Positions 33,175-42,759 of a stretch of DNA of 42,759 bases are shown here, in pieces; position 1 is the stretch's first letter; the number at the start of each line of letters is the position of its first letter. Source of the DNA: a virus (lineage: Duplodnaviria > Caudoviricetes); the IMG/VR virus record IMGVR_UViG_3300024232_000024, positions 1-42,759 of that record. The stretch is one strand, 5' to 3'. Position numbers and translations under genes: made by a program. Under the pieces are notes generated by a model. It was not told the DNA's origin, did no database searches, and saw nothing but the letters and a program-made list of their open reading frames with translations.

Positions 33175-35892
33175 CTAATCGTAGCTATGAGTGCGGCCCT
33201 GACTATCGACATACGTGTGCGTTTGAGGATTATACGCATAGAGTGCGCCGCCACTCACAGGATTGAAGTTCGGCGCGGTATAGCCCTGTGGCGTGAACGG
33301 CGAATTGCTGATGCCGTTGGGGCCTGAGTATTGCCGGGTGCCGTAATCGGTCAGCGCCGGAACCCCGCCTGATGTCATGAGGGTCGCGTAATTTCGGCCC
33401 TGGATCGGTCCCCGGTACGACTGAGCGTTGTCGAACGAGCCGGTGCGCATTGCAGATCTCAGGATCGGAGCGAGAATTAGCCCGATCCCCGGCGTCATGC
33501 CTGCCAGGGCCGGCACGGCACGATCAGCAAATGTCACCTTCGGCTTCGGGGCGCCGACATACTGCGTTCCGATCGGGGCCCGAGCCATAGGACCGACACC
33601 GCCCGCGAAGTAAGGGTTGCCCGTGTCATCGACACTGAGCCCGGTGGAATCGACCGCTGGCGGCGGGGCCGGATCGCCAGCCGGCACGACGCCCGGATTG
33701 GCCGGATCCCCCACAGGCGCAAAGCCGCCCGGCGCGGGGCCGCCGTTCCCGAGATTGAAGTCGCCGGACGCTGGCCCATGGATCACCGACGTCGGGACGA
33801 GCCGGCCGCCGGCTGAGCTTAAGCGATCCGAGCCCGCACCACCGACGAGAGTGTCCGTGCCACCGGAACCGCTGAAGTCGCCGGCCGAAGCGTAGACGCT
33901 CGGCTTCGCCCCCGACCGGAATGGCTGATAGCCGGGTGCATAGAACTGTGGCGGCAGCGCACCGTAATCGCTCGATGAACTATCCCGTGGAATGGCCGTG
34001 CCGTAGTCGCTCGTCATCCCCATCGGGGAAGCTGACGGGAACGTCACGGCCTGATTAGCGGGACGCCCATATTCAGTGTTGATGTTGTCCTGTGGTCCGA
34101 CAGGCGGCCCGTCGATCATGCGATCGAACGAGGTCACGTTGGGCAGCGATTCCAGACTGGGGCCGCCGGCGTATCGCGGATATCCGCCGCGGCTGCTCTG
34201 CGTCATCGGGTCTTGCCGCATATAGTCAAACCCACCGGGGATGTAGCCCTGATAGCTGGTGTTCGGCACAGCGGGCGAAACGCTGGGTGCCGCCGGCTGA
34301 GGTGCGACTTGCGGCGGGCCGCCAGAGCCGGAGCCGAAGTTCCTCACCAGCCAGTTGCCCGCGTCCATCGCATTCGCCGGCGCGTTCAACGCCGGCAAGA
34401 CAGACGCCTGGCGCGCACGGTCGATCTCCGCTTGCGGGAAAAAGCCACTAGCGGCGGTCGGAGCCAGCGGCTTCCACTGTGCTCCCTCAAAACTTTGGTC
34501 TCCCGGCGCCGAGCCAAAGGGTCGGCCAAGAAAGCCCTGCGCGCTGCCCGTCATCGCTACGCCCGGCATATTAACTGTCGGCGGTGCGGGCGGAACGGCT
34601 GGTGCCAACTCTGCCTGTCTGGCACCGCTGAAACTGGCATCGCCGGGAGCGGAGCCAAACGGCCGCCCGAGAATAGCTTGGGCGCTTCCTTTCATACCGA
34701 TCTGCGGCTGCTCGCCCCATGCGGTCGGATACCCACCAGGCCCGGCACTGGCAACAGGCACGCCACCGGAAGCGACCGGGGGCGCCGGCACGGGTGCGCC
34801 GCGCGCCACGCCCGAGTTGAGCGAGTGCGGCGTCATCACGACCTGCGATGGGGGATCGGCAAGCGGCTGCCCGGCGCCTGGCCATCCCATCGGCCCCCCA
34901 GACGCAGCAACCGCACCCCCGCCCGTCCCGGTCGGAATTGTCACCACCCCGCCACCGGCCTGCAGGCGCTGTCCCGGCGGCCCCGGATCGGCAATCGAGA
35001 AATCGGGTGAGCTTCCGCGCAGCGGATTTTGTGCAATCGGCACCGGAGAAATCAGCGGACTACCGCGACCAATGCCCGCCCGCGGCGCCACGCCATTGCC
35101 GCCGATGAACTGCCCGCCTGCCACTGGTGGCCCCCCCGTCTGGCGGGCCAGTGCAGTCTGCACCTGCGGGCCGGCAACGCCACGATCCCGCGTCGGCAAA
35201 TTGAACTGCCGCTCGGCCTGGCGCACAGCCGCCGCTGTCTGCCGACCGTATTTGCCATCAACCGGGCCGGGATTGATGCCTGCGTCGGCGAGCTGCCGCT
35301 GCAGGCGGGTGACCGCCCCGCCGGTCTGGGCGTCCGTCGCGCCCTTGCGGAGCGTGCCGGCTGCCGCCATGCCCGCCGCCGCCCGCTGGGCCGCCGTCAG
35401 TGGCATGCCCCCGGTATAAGCGGTCGCGGTCGGCGAACCCGTATCGGGAATGCTGCCGGGCGGGACCGGGTGCCCTGCAATGATGCTGTCCCAGTTCCCC
35501 CGGCTCATCGCCCCCTTGAAGCCGGGCGTGATGTCGAAGTGCTCGTTGTCCTGGCTCCAGCGACCGCCGAACTTTCCGCCCCAACGGAAGGTGTTCGTCA
35601 GTTCGGGGTATTTGCTGACCTGCGCGGCGCGGGCGTATCTGGCGAAATCCTGATAGGGCGGGGCCGCCGCCCTGGTCCGAGCTTGCGAATGCCACGTCTT
35701 GCCGCCATCGGACGACAACTGAATGTCCGTCGCCCAGCCGCCGGGATGGTTGGGCGTTCCGGTCGCGGGATTATAGGCGCGCTTTCCCGAGGTGATCTTG
35801 ACCGTGTAGGGCGATGCCTCGGCAGCGGTCCTGATGATGGAGATGAGGCGCTTGTCGACGCCTGCCTCGTTGCCAGAAATAAATCTGCCCAT
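33175..35892 (-). CDS. large putative ejection protein with M15-like peptidase and peptidoglycan-binding domains
   Basis: ITSG.R...NHPGGWATD...WGG...DNEHFD (Zn peptidase M15-like); LRKG...V.RLQ..L...G..PGPVDGKYG.QT.AAVR (PG_binding_1); long Pro/Gly-rich tail. Confidence 0.7.
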   Translation of the reverse strand: MGRFISGNEAGVDKRLISIIRTAAEASPYTVKITSGKRAYNPATGTPNHPGGWATDIQLSSDGGKTWHSQARTRAAAPPYQDFARYARAAQVSKYPELTNTFRWGGKFGGRWSQDNEHFDITPGFKGAMSRGNWDSIIAGHPVPPGSIPDTGSPTATAYTGGMPLTAAQRAAAGMAAAGTLRKGATDAQTGGAVTRLQRQLADAGINPGPVDGKYGRQTAAAVRQAERQFNLPTRDRGVAGPQVQTALARQTGGPPVAGGQFIGGNGVAPRAGIGRGSPLISPVPIAQNPLRGSSPDFSIADPGPPGQRLQAGGGVVTIPTGTGGGAVAASGGPMGWPGAGQPLADPPSQVVMTPHSLNSGVARGAPVPAPPVASGGVPVASAGPGGYPTAWGEQPQIGMKGSAQAILGRPFGSAPGDASFSGARQAELAPAVPPAPPTVNMPGVAMTGSAQGFLGRPFGSAPGDQSFEGAQWKPLAPTAASGFFPQAEIDRARQASVLPALNAPANAMDAGNWLVRNFGSGSGGPPQVAPQPAAPSVSPAVPNTSYQGYIPGGFDYMRQDPMTQSSRGGYPRYAGGPSLESLPNVTSFDRMIDGPPVGPQDNINTEYGRPANQAVTFPSASPMGMTSDYGTAIPRDSSSSDYGALPPQFYAPGYQPFRSGAKPSVYASAGDFSGSGGTDTLVGGAGSDRLSSAGGRLVPTSVIHGPASGDFNLGNGGPAPGGFAPVGDPANPGVVPAGDPAPPPAVDSTGLSVDDTGNPYFAGGVGPMARAPIGTQYVGAPKPKVTFADRAVPALAGMTPGIGLILAPILRSAMRTGSFDNAQSYRGPIQGRNYATLMTSGGVPALTDYGTRQYSGPNGISNSPFTPQGYTAPNFNPVSGGALYAYNPQTHTYVDSQGRTHSYD

Positions 35893-35973
35893 GACTTGGT
35901 TCTCGTTTCGTTGCCTTACGCGCCGCGCGCCGACCGGCTAACGTCCGGCCGCATAATCGAGGAGAGATATTCA

Positions 35974-36321
35974 GTGTTTAGTCAGTTGGGCTGGCGAGCG
36001 TTCCAGATCGCCATCGTCGTCGGCATCGGCTACTGGGCGCACAACGATCCCGACGTCAAAGCGTCGCCCGGCGCCATCGGCCTTTTCGGCATACTCGTGG
36101 CGCTACTGGCGACCGGCGTTCTCGCCGCTTTATTTCGGCTGATCCGTCGAGCGCTCGGCCGCAGCACCGAAGACGACCGCATTTGGCGTGCGACCGAGGC
36201 CCCCCGGAGCCCACTGGCCGCCGCGCACGAGATCGCCGAGGCGCGTCGCGCCCGCAATCGTGCTGCGCGCCGAGAGCGCTCGCGCGCCTTCGCCGACGGC
36301 CGCCAATCCCAGTCCCGCTAG
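35974..36321 (+). CDS. small membrane protein antisense to ejection genes (moron; possible superinfection exclusion)
   Basis: GAGGAG RBS, GTG start, two hydrophobic segments (AFQIAIVVGIGYW; AIGLFGILVALLATGVLAALF). Confidence 0.6.
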   Translation: MFSQLGWRAFQIAIVVGIGYWAHNDPDVKASPGAIGLFGILVALLATGVLAALFRLIRRALGRSTEDDRIWRATEAPRSPLAAAHEIAEARRARNRAARRERSRAFADGRQSQSR

Positions 36322-37791
36322 AGCGCCTGGGTTCATCGTCACTCCCAACGCGCCCAACATGGAATAGACGAACGGGTTTCTGATATTGAACTTGCCGATC
36401 ATGCGTAGTCCGTTCTCGAACGAAACGCCCCTGACCAGCGAGTTGACCATGCTCTGCCCCTCTGGACTGAGCGACTTGAACTCGCGACTATGTTGCTTGC
36501 CGACGCCACCCTTCCATTTGTAGCGCTTGAAAGCCTGCCGCAGCGCCGTCTGCATTCCTGCGCTCGAATAATTGGCGCCGAGAGTATCCTTCGCTCCCTG
36601 GATAATGTTGGCAACCCGTTCGCCACTGCGAAACTTGCGCCAGGCATCGCGGCCTTTCGTCAGGGCATCAAACGCCGCCTTGGGATCGCCTGCCATCAAG
36701 TCTTTCGGCTTTAGGTTCTCCATGTAATTGTCGATATGATCGCCGAGGATGCTGGCGACCCGCCGCGTATCGGCATCAATGTTCCCGGCCTGGCGCATCG
36801 CCAGCCGGTGCATCTGGTCGAGCTGCTCAAAGGACTGCGGCACACCCTGAGATGCTTTCATGTCATCCAAGACCGCCTTCACGTTTGGATGCAGGGCAGG
36901 ACGGTAGCCTTCCGCGTGCAGGGCCTGTTCGGCATCGTTCACCATCCGGTCGAACGAGGACGGCTTTACGCCGACACCGGACGCCTTCATGTCACCGTAG
37001 AATTTCTGACCAGCCGCCCGCCATTCCTCCGGGGATGGCACAGCCGTCATCTTGCCGCGCGTGGCTCCCGCCGCCTTGCCTGCCGCCAGAGCCGCCAGAA
37101 GACGCGCCGGCATTTCATACGGCGTGCCCTTGGTCACGTCGCCCGCGACCTCGCTCGCGGCGGCCGGCGCAATGGCTTGCTTCAGAACGTCTCCGGTGAC
37201 TTTCTTGACGGCCGCCTTGCCACCCTGCTCGACCAGCGTCTTGGCGCCGGCCCTGACCAGTCCGCCCCCCAGGCTCGGCACGATTTCGATGCCGGGGCCC
37301 ACATACTTGTCGAATGTCTGTCCGGCTCCGGTCTGCGCCTCCCACGGCTTGTAGCCGAGGAAATCCTTCACATCCTGCGAACGCGGCAGCCATGAGAGTG
37401 GCGCCCCTCTAGCCGCCTGGTCGGCACGAAGCTTCTGCATGGTTTCGTCGGACGCACCCAGAAGCTGGGCTGTACCTCGCCCCGCGGCTTTCCCGAGGGT
37501 GTCGGCAAGATCGACCAAGTCACCGGGAATGCCGGGGATATCCATCACGCCCCCCGCCAGGCGCGAGCCGATGACGGCACCGATGTCGCTGCCGCCGGGC
37601 GTGATCAGCGGCACGTCGCGCGAGACGGTGTCGGCGGGCATGTCGTGCAGGACCGCGCCGGGAGCCATCGGCAGCCGGTCACCCTTGCCGGAAGACGGGA
37701 TCAGGTCGTCGAACATCCCGCCGCCTGCCGCTGGCGGGGCCGCAGCCGGTGAAGCCTGCTGCGGAATGAGATCGTCGAACATTCCCGCCAT
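36130..37791 (-). CDS. DNA ejection (internal virion) protein
   Basis: MAGMFDDLIP repeat at N-terminus, Ala/Gly-rich helical body; position of P22 gp16/gp20-type genes. Confidence 0.65.
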   Translation of the reverse strand: MAGMFDDLIPQQASPAAAPPAAGGGMFDDLIPSSGKGDRLPMAPGAVLHDMPADTVSRDVPLITPGGSDIGAVIGSRLAGGVMDIPGIPGDLVDLADTLGKAAGRGTAQLLGASDETMQKLRADQAARGAPLSWLPRSQDVKDFLGYKPWEAQTGAGQTFDKYVGPGIEIVPSLGGGLVRAGAKTLVEQGGKAAVKKVTGDVLKQAIAPAAASEVAGDVTKGTPYEMPARLLAALAAGKAAGATRGKMTAVPSPEEWRAAGQKFYGDMKASGVGVKPSSFDRMVNDAEQALHAEGYRPALHPNVKAVLDDMKASQGVPQSFEQLDQMHRLAMRQAGNIDADTRRVASILGDHIDNYMENLKPKDLMAGDPKAAFDALTKGRDAWRKFRSGERVANIIQGAKDTLGANYSSAGMQTALRQAFKRYKWKGGVGKQHSREFKSLSPEGQSMVNSLVRGVSFENGLRMIGKFNIRNPFVYSMLGALGVTMNPGALAGLGLAAVGEGARALSARSTIAGATRLGDLVRGGQWAPGGLGRTPNAVVFGAAAERSTDQPK

Positions 37792-37793
37792 GG

Positions 37794-39224
37794 CTAGAGC
37801 CTGCTCGCGTCAATGCCGTTGTCTTGCAGGCGTTTGATCACGGCATCCCGTGGTGCTCCTGCCGCGATAGCCGCGCGAGCCTCGCCGAGCGGGTCGCCAC
37901 CTCCGCCAGAACCGCCTCCAGCGGACGCATCCGCTGCCCCTTGCGGTGTCGCAGCATCATCCAATTGGCCGGGGTCAATACCGAGCTTCTGGAGCACAGC
38001 CTTGGTTTCCGGACGGATCGGGTCAAATTCCATCGGCTTGTGCATCGCCGCCTGATAGTCGCTGCGGATATTGTCAAGACGGGCCTTCAGCAGATGCGAG
38101 ATCAGTTCATTGACCGAAGCCTTGAATGCGGCCGGCGGCATGTCGATGGACAGCCCTGCGCGCCAGTTCTTGATCTCGGCTTCTGCCGTGCTGCCGGCCC
38201 CTTTGAAGACCTTCGCGACCTCGCCCGCGATGGCGTCGGCATCCTGAGTGAATGCCCCCGCCGCCTTTTGATAGCCTTCATTTCCCGTCTGATAGGCTGC
38301 AGTATTAGCGATCGCGTTCCATGTCGGATAAGAGGTGTTGTGCAGGCCTTCGAAGTTATTTGCCATCGAGCCGAGGTGCTTGATCGACTGATTGAGGGCA
38401 TCAACGGCCTGCCCATACATGCCGCCCGCTTCCATGTTCAGGCGCATCTTGTTGCGAACACCAAACTGTGTTGCGTCATAGCTGGGATCGTATTGCGAAA
38501 CGAGTGCGAGGATGCGTTCCCGGCTGCCGCCCTTCAGGCTGGTCGCCTTCGATGGATCCAGTTTGTAGTCGGCGATCTGCTTGACGAGGCTGCCCACGCC
38601 CGGATCAAGGCCCTTCAGGAAATTGGCCTGTGCCGCGGGATCCGGCAGACCATCGGGGCCAAAGCTAACGGGCGCCACCACCTGATCGCTGCCAGTGGTT
38701 CCGCCGCCAGCGGGCGTCACGGCGCCCGAGGAACTATCGACCCAGCCGTAAGTCGCATTCCCGTAAGGCCCGGTCCCGATCTGTTTCCATTCGCGGTGCG
38801 GCGTTAGCCTATTGGCTACCAAGCTTCTGACTAGCTCTGGATCGTTCTGCAAAAGCTGCTGCTCTTCGGGCGTCAAATTGAGCCCGCTTTGAGATTTCAG
38901 ATAGGCATTAATCGCCGTCCGCTTGCGCATGTCGCCGATCGCCGGCCCCGCCGCGCCAAGCGCCCCGGCAAAGCTCGCCTGCGGTGTCGCCCCGCCGATC
39001 AACTGCGCCGCTATTGGCAACGCGTATTGCGGATCTAGGAGCCCCCGCAGGCCGCTCAGAAAGCCGCCGCCGGACCCGCTCAACGGGCCGTGCGCCACAC
39101 CCGTCCCGGCGAGGGGACCGGGCGGAAGGCTGCCCGTCTGCGTCGGATCCACATTTGGAACGGCGTTCCAGACGTTCGGTCCAGCGTCCGCGCCGTAGCC
39201 GAAGGGATCGTAATAGCCAGCCAT
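37794..39224 (-). CDS. DNA ejection (internal virion) protein
   Basis: Gly-rich N-terminus, helical body, C-terminal AR.AIAAGAPRDAVIKRLQ..GID. Confidence 0.65.
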   Translation of the reverse strand: MAGYYDPFGYGADAGPNVWNAVPNVDPTQTGSLPPGPLAGTGVAHGPLSGSGGGFLSGLRGLLDPQYALPIAAQLIGGATPQASFAGALGAAGPAIGDMRKRTAINAYLKSQSGLNLTPEEQQLLQNDPELVRSLVANRLTPHREWKQIGTGPYGNATYGWVDSSSGAVTPAGGGTTGSDQVVAPVSFGPDGLPDPAAQANFLKGLDPGVGSLVKQIADYKLDPSKATSLKGGSRERILALVSQYDPSYDATQFGVRNKMRLNMEAGGMYGQAVDALNQSIKHLGSMANNFEGLHNTSYPTWNAIANTAAYQTGNEGYQKAAGAFTQDADAIAGEVAKVFKGAGSTAEAEIKNWRAGLSIDMPPAAFKASVNELISHLLKARLDNIRSDYQAAMHKPMEFDPIRPETKAVLQKLGIDPGQLDDAATPQGAADASAGGGSGGGGDPLGEARAAIAAGAPRDAVIKRLQDNGIDASRL

Positions 39225-39236
39225 TGTCCGTCACCC

Positions 39237-40094
39237 TCACTTGCCCATGAGATACCCTAAGAGAGACTGGCTACCGTTGTCGCCGTAGCCGCCGCCGCTC
39301 AGGATCGACCCGGCCGCCAGGACTCCCCCCGACAGAATGCCGGGCCAGTTGAGCGGCGCCGACACCTTCGTCTGAGCAAAGCCCGGCGAAGTGCCGCCCG
39401 TGCCGCTGATGCCCTGATTGTAGGCCCCGAGCCGGTTCCACCCCGCCTGCTGGTTGGTGTTGAACTTGTCGACCCGCGACTGCAGTTGGCGTGTCGCGAG
39501 GTCGTCGTAAGCCTGCCCGACCTGGCCGAGGCGCTCCGCCGGCAGATATTGCTGTTGGTAGGCCCCCGGCGCCGCCTGCACGGCATTAAGCTGCCCCGTG
39601 CTTTGGTCTGAAAGTATCCCCCTCTGGTTCGCGATATTCTGGTTCCATTGGTTGGAGAGCGCCTGCGAGCGGAAGTTGCCGATCTGCTGCGTCAGCGCGC
39701 CGGTATCCGCCGCCGATCCGATCCGCCCGAGCCCGCCAAACTGCCGCTGCACATCGTTGCCGATCTGATCGGCCTGCCCCTGCACCGCCTGCTCGAAATA
39801 AGGGTTCCCGGCGTTGGCATAAAGGTCATTATATTTGTTGTTGATGTCGCCCGAGAGAATGCCGGAGATCGCGCCCATGCTCTGCCCGGCGAGCGGATTG
39901 CCCTGCCCGGCGAGGCCCTGGATCTGGTTCAGCGACTGCTGCGTCTGATCCGAGAACGGCACGTAGGTCTGGAAGTTGGGCGCCTTGAAGCCGGCCCCCT
40001 GCTTGAGCAGGTTCTGCCCGAACTGCATCCCCTGCGTGATGTACGGCTGCGCCTTGATCCACGGCTGATTGGTCTGCGTGCTGACGGTAGGCAT
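39237..40094 (-). CDS. DNA ejection/pilot protein (P22 gp7-like position)
   Basis: T..PW..AQPY, NPY, Gln/Gly-rich, hydrophobic Gly-rich C-terminus. Confidence 0.6.
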   Translation of the reverse strand: MPTVSTQTNQPWIKAQPYITQGMQFGQNLLKQGAGFKAPNFQTYVPFSDQTQQSLNQIQGLAGQGNPLAGQSMGAISGILSGDINNKYNDLYANAGNPYFEQAVQGQADQIGNDVQRQFGGLGRIGSAADTGALTQQIGNFRSQALSNQWNQNIANQRGILSDQSTGQLNAVQAAPGAYQQQYLPAERLGQVGQAYDDLATRQLQSRVDKFNTNQQAGWNRLGAYNQGISGTGGTSPGFAQTKVSAPLNWPGILSGGVLAAGSILSGGGYGDNGSQSLLGYLMGK

Positions 40095-40104
40095 TGTCGT
40101 ATCC

Positions 40105-40476
40105 CTATTTCGGCGCCGGCGTGCGCGTCGTCTTGATGCCGCTCAGATGGACGTGCAGGGTGTGCGTCGCCCCGGCGGTCGCCTGTGCCTTGATGATATC
40201 ACCGGGCACGAGGTGGATTGGCAGCCCCTCGAGCTGCAGCGGGTAGTCCGCCTCGACCGGGCCCAGGAAGACGAGAGTGTAATCGGTACTATCCAACGTT
40301 TGACGACGTATAATTGTACAGGTATCAGCATTGGCTGACGTTGCCGCCACACTGATACCGGTCACATCGAATGCCAATTCCTGCTGTTCACCACACGTAT
40401 ATATCGTAGTAAGGGCATTGCTAGACAGAGCAACCGACTTGGTGTAATAACTGGTAAGGGGGAAAACCGCCGACAC
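40105..40476 (-). CDS. hypothetical tail-module protein
   Basis: TTIYTC...L.PGD.IKAQA...H..G pattern; GTG overlaps HNH stop. Confidence 0.6.
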   Translation of the reverse strand: MSAVFPLTSYYTKSVALSSNALTTIYTCGEQQELAFDVTGISVAATSANADTCTIIRRQTLDSTDYTLVFLGPVEADYPLQLEGLPIHLVPGDIIKAQATAGATHTLHVHLSGIKTTRTPAPK

Positions 40477-40979
40477 TATGCTGGTCTCGCAAACGGGCCG
40501 TGCAACAATGCGCCCTCAATAACATACACCTGATGTGCCTCTTCAGCCGTCTTATACATTCCAAGAGACCTGCGCCTCCCATATACGTTGATATACGCCT
40601 GCCATTTATTGCGACGCTTATCAAACCAGACCCCTTTGAAGCCACTGGTATTATTCTTTGGCCGCCTGCAATTCCATCTGTTCTGGGGCCGGCTGGCTGG
40701 TCTTATGTTAACCAATCGATTGTCAGATCGGTCTCCGTTGACGTGATCGATCTCAGCGACCGGCCACTCACCTGTCATGTAAAGCCACATGAGGCGATGA
40801 GCACCATAGCTTCTGCCATCAACTCCAATGACGATATAGCCATGAGAAGAATTGCGTCCGGCTTTGGCGCCTACCTTCACTCGGTTCGTGGTGATCTGTC
40901 GCCACGTGAACACGCCCGTCTCCGGGTCGTAATGCAGGAGCGCACGAAGCCGCTCGGCGGTGATAAGGTCAGACGCCAC
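40476..40979 (-). CDS. HNH + AP2 domain homing endonuclease
   Basis: LLHYDPETGVFTW...AHRL.W....GEWP...IDHVNGDRSDNR..N; NNTSGFKGV.F....KWQAYI...LG.Y.T.EEA. Confidence 0.9.
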   Translation of the reverse strand: MASDLITAERLRALLHYDPETGVFTWRQITTNRVKVGAKAGRNSSHGYIVIGVDGRSYGAHRLMWLYMTGEWPVAEIDHVNGDRSDNRLVNIRPASRPQNRWNCRRPKNNTSGFKGVWFDKRRNKWQAYINVYGRRRSLGMYKTAEEAHQVYVIEGALLHGPFARPA

Positions 40980-41783
40980 TTATGCCACCTCATAAGCGCC
41001 GGACACGATACAGGTCGTGCCATTCCCACCGGGGTAGCTGTTGTCGTAATTCAGAATGGTGACCGCAGCGGACCCTGCTTGTATGTCCCCTTGCAGCATC
41101 TTTCCAAAGATACGCTCTCGTCCGGCCAATACCACGCCATATGCACCCGTCGCGGTAGCCGCCGCCGGAAGAGTAGCGAACAGGGCCCCCGTCGCGGTGC
41201 CGTTGACCGTGATGGAGACGTTTATCCGGATGAGGATAGTCTTGCCGATTTGGGTCCAGTAGGCGGCCGAGGCGTACGATGTCGGCGGCCCGGTAGATGA
41301 TGATACGGTCGGCGTGTAGACCGTCCATGCGTTGGCAGGATTGATATTCACGCAACGCCATTCGCTGCTTCCCGCGTTATAGACCAGGTCGAGAGCCATC
41401 CCCGCCGTGATCGAGCCGACGATAAGGGCACCGCCATCGGCGCGCTTGATAGGCGCGGCGGTCAGACCATCCGGTGCGAAGGTGACGGCAGCACTCGTAT
41501 TGGCCGCGGCCGCCCGCACCATCAGGCGCATCCCGTCCATCAAATGCGCCGCTGACAGCACCTGATTAGTCGGATTGACCGTCAACGCATTGGGCGAACC
41601 GCCCGCCACCAGAGCACCACCCTGATCGAGCGCCGCTTTGCGCCGCGCCGCCATCATCCCGCGGGCAGAATTGTTGACCGTCGCCGCGTCCTGGCCCTCG
41701 GTCCATACTATACCCGTATCCACATTAGCGTTGGTGGCTGCGGTTGTGCTCCATGCAGCCTCATTCTCAAGAACAGTAGCCAT
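40980..41783 (-). CDS. tail fibre / needle-like protein
   Basis: WSTTAATN...W.EGQ...VNNSAR.MMA N-terminal anchor; C-terminal tip domain; AGATGAG before ATG 41783. Confidence 0.7.
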   Translation of the reverse strand: MATVLENEAAWSTTAATNANVDTGIVWTEGQDAATVNNSARGMMAARRKAALDQGGALVAGGSPNALTVNPTNQVLSAAHLMDGMRLMVRAAAANTSAAVTFAPDGLTAAPIKRADGGALIVGSITAGMALDLVYNAGSSEWRCVNINPANAWTVYTPTVSSSTGPPTSYASAAYWTQIGKTILIRINVSITVNGTATGALFATLPAAATATGAYGVVLAGRERIFGKMLQGDIQAGSAAVTILNYDNSYPGGNGTTCIVSGAYEVA

Positions 41784-41784
41784 C

Positions 41785-42759
41785 TCATCTGCCTCCCGCC
41801 GCCGTGACCAATCCGTCATCGTCATCGAGGCTGATGCCGCTCGCCGTCTTCCACGCCGCGCCCGCCGGAATGGTCACCTCGAAACGCATATGCCGCCCGC
41901 TGACACGCTTGTAGATGACCCCCTGATCGGTCAGCGTGCCCGGCGAGCTAAATGTTTCCAGCGTCTGCTGGCGCTCCGTGGTGGCTATCCGCCCCGCCCC
42001 CGCCGCGGCATCGCTCACCAGGCGGAAGCCGTTGACGTAGGCGCGGCTCCCCGGCACCGGCGAGAACAATCCCGTCTGCAGCACCGCCGCCATCGGCGCG
42101 CCCGTGAAGAAATTCATGCGGAACGCGCTGTCGAAGGCGCCCATCCGCGGCGCGCCCCCCTTCCACACATCGCTGTCCAGCGAATACGGCACGTTGTCGA
42201 TCGTGTAGCCGAGCCCCGGCGTGCCGAGCGCGTCCAGCGTCGTCGCGGTCGTCCCCGACGAGAAGATCACCGACGCGCTCACGGGCGCGTGCGTCCATGG
42301 GCCATAGTCACTGTCGGTCAGGCTCGGATCGAAGCACAGCGCGTGATCGAGGATCGACGACGTCGCATTGCCGGGCCCGGCAAACAGCCACATGATCAGC
42401 GGCGTCCGCGAGGTGAACCCACCGACGATCGCCTTCGGCCGCGTCGCCGCATTGCTGTTGTCGAGGAACCAGCTATCCAGCCAGTTGGCGCCGATGCCCT
42501 CGCTGGCGCCGTCCGTCGTGATGCGCTGGAAGCCGTTGGTCGCGTAATAGTAGCTGGTCCCCTGGCGGTTCACTATACTATACGGCGCGAGCGTTCCCTG
42601 GCTTGCCTCGATCCTGTGGAATTCCATGATGGCGGCGTCTTGCCGAACGCCCATCTGCCGGACCACCTCGGTCTGGAAGATCAGCCCGCCCTGCTCCCAG
42701 CCGCTCAGCCCCATGATGTCGCCGCCGTCGGGGAATTGCTGGCTGTCGGCGTCGCGCTG
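41785..42759 (-). CDS. P22 gp10-like tail stabilisation/nozzle protein, C-terminal part (runs off right end)
   Basis: Frame open to the last base: QRDADSQQFPDGGDIMGL...G.LAPYSIV...SLDSDVWKGG...R.SGRHMRF. Confidence 0.75.
   Translation of the reverse strand, partial: QRDADSQQFPDGGDIMGLSGWEQGGLIFQTEVVRQMGVRQDAAIMEFHRIEASQGTLAPYSIVNRQGTSYYYATNGFQRITTDGASEGIGANWLDSWFLDNSNAATRPKAIVGGFTSRTPLIMWLFAGPGNATSSILDHALCFDPSLTDSDYGPWTHAPVSASVIFSSGTTATTLDALGTPGLGYTIDNVPYSLDSDVWKGGAPRMGAFDSAFRMNFFTGAPMAAVLQTGLFSPVPGSRAYVNGFRLVSDAAAGAGRIATTERQQTLETFSSPGTLTDQGVIYKRVSGRHMRFEVTIPAGAAWKTASGISLDDDDGLVTAAGGR

Noticed and set aside
35029-35973. N-terminal extension of the 430-aa plus-strand ORF
   Set aside because: Shadow of the 905-aa gene; only the part from GTG 35974 has an RBS and protein-like composition
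40476-40979. HNH genes as parts of group I introns or inteins
   Set aside because: All three HNH ORFs lie between intact genes; no interrupted host gene or intron core seen
32749-41783. Diversity-generating retroelement or invertible tail-fibre switch
   Set aside because: The two tip domains are diverged throughout rather than at adenines only, are in the same orientation, and no reverse transcriptase or serine invertase is present
1-42759. Genome-wide stop-codon reassignment
   Set aside because: Core genes (terL, portal, capsid, integrase) are full length in the standard code and use TGA, TAG and TAA as stops

Overview
This window is an almost complete ~42.8 kb high-GC temperate phage genome with a P22-like podovirus gene set and an N4-gp56/DUF4043-type major capsid. 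The gene content points to an alphaproteobacterial host (inference). The contig starts and ends inside the same gp10-like tail stabilisation gene, so it looks like a circularly permuted, non-integrated genome with a short piece missing. A cro/cI-like switch with five related operators lies at ~22.8-23.3 kb. Leftward early genes are cro, a TcmP-like methyltransferase, a ParB-DUF5131 radical-SAM fusion, VRR-NUC, DUF1376 and a NusG-like factor. They are followed by the late operon: terS, terL, an accessory block, portal, fibre/spike-like genes, scaffold, capsid, a glycosyltransferase, adaptor, gp10, fibre, ejection proteins and a GH19 lysin. Rightward early genes are a secreted Cys peptide, YqaJ exonuclease, Bet, an HNH, Xis and a tyrosine integrase. 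The most notable items are (1) the translationally coupled TcmP-like MTase plus ParB/radical-SAM pair, a candidate uncharacterised DNA-modification system; (2) a duplicated RNA structure with loop-loop complementarity and a compensatory change in the capsid leader; (3) exact 14-18 bp repeats at gene boundaries around accessory genes; (4) a phage-encoded VPLPA/PEP-CTERM-type surface protein; (5) a dense GCGTTACG array. All family calls come from motif recognition by eye, not database searches.
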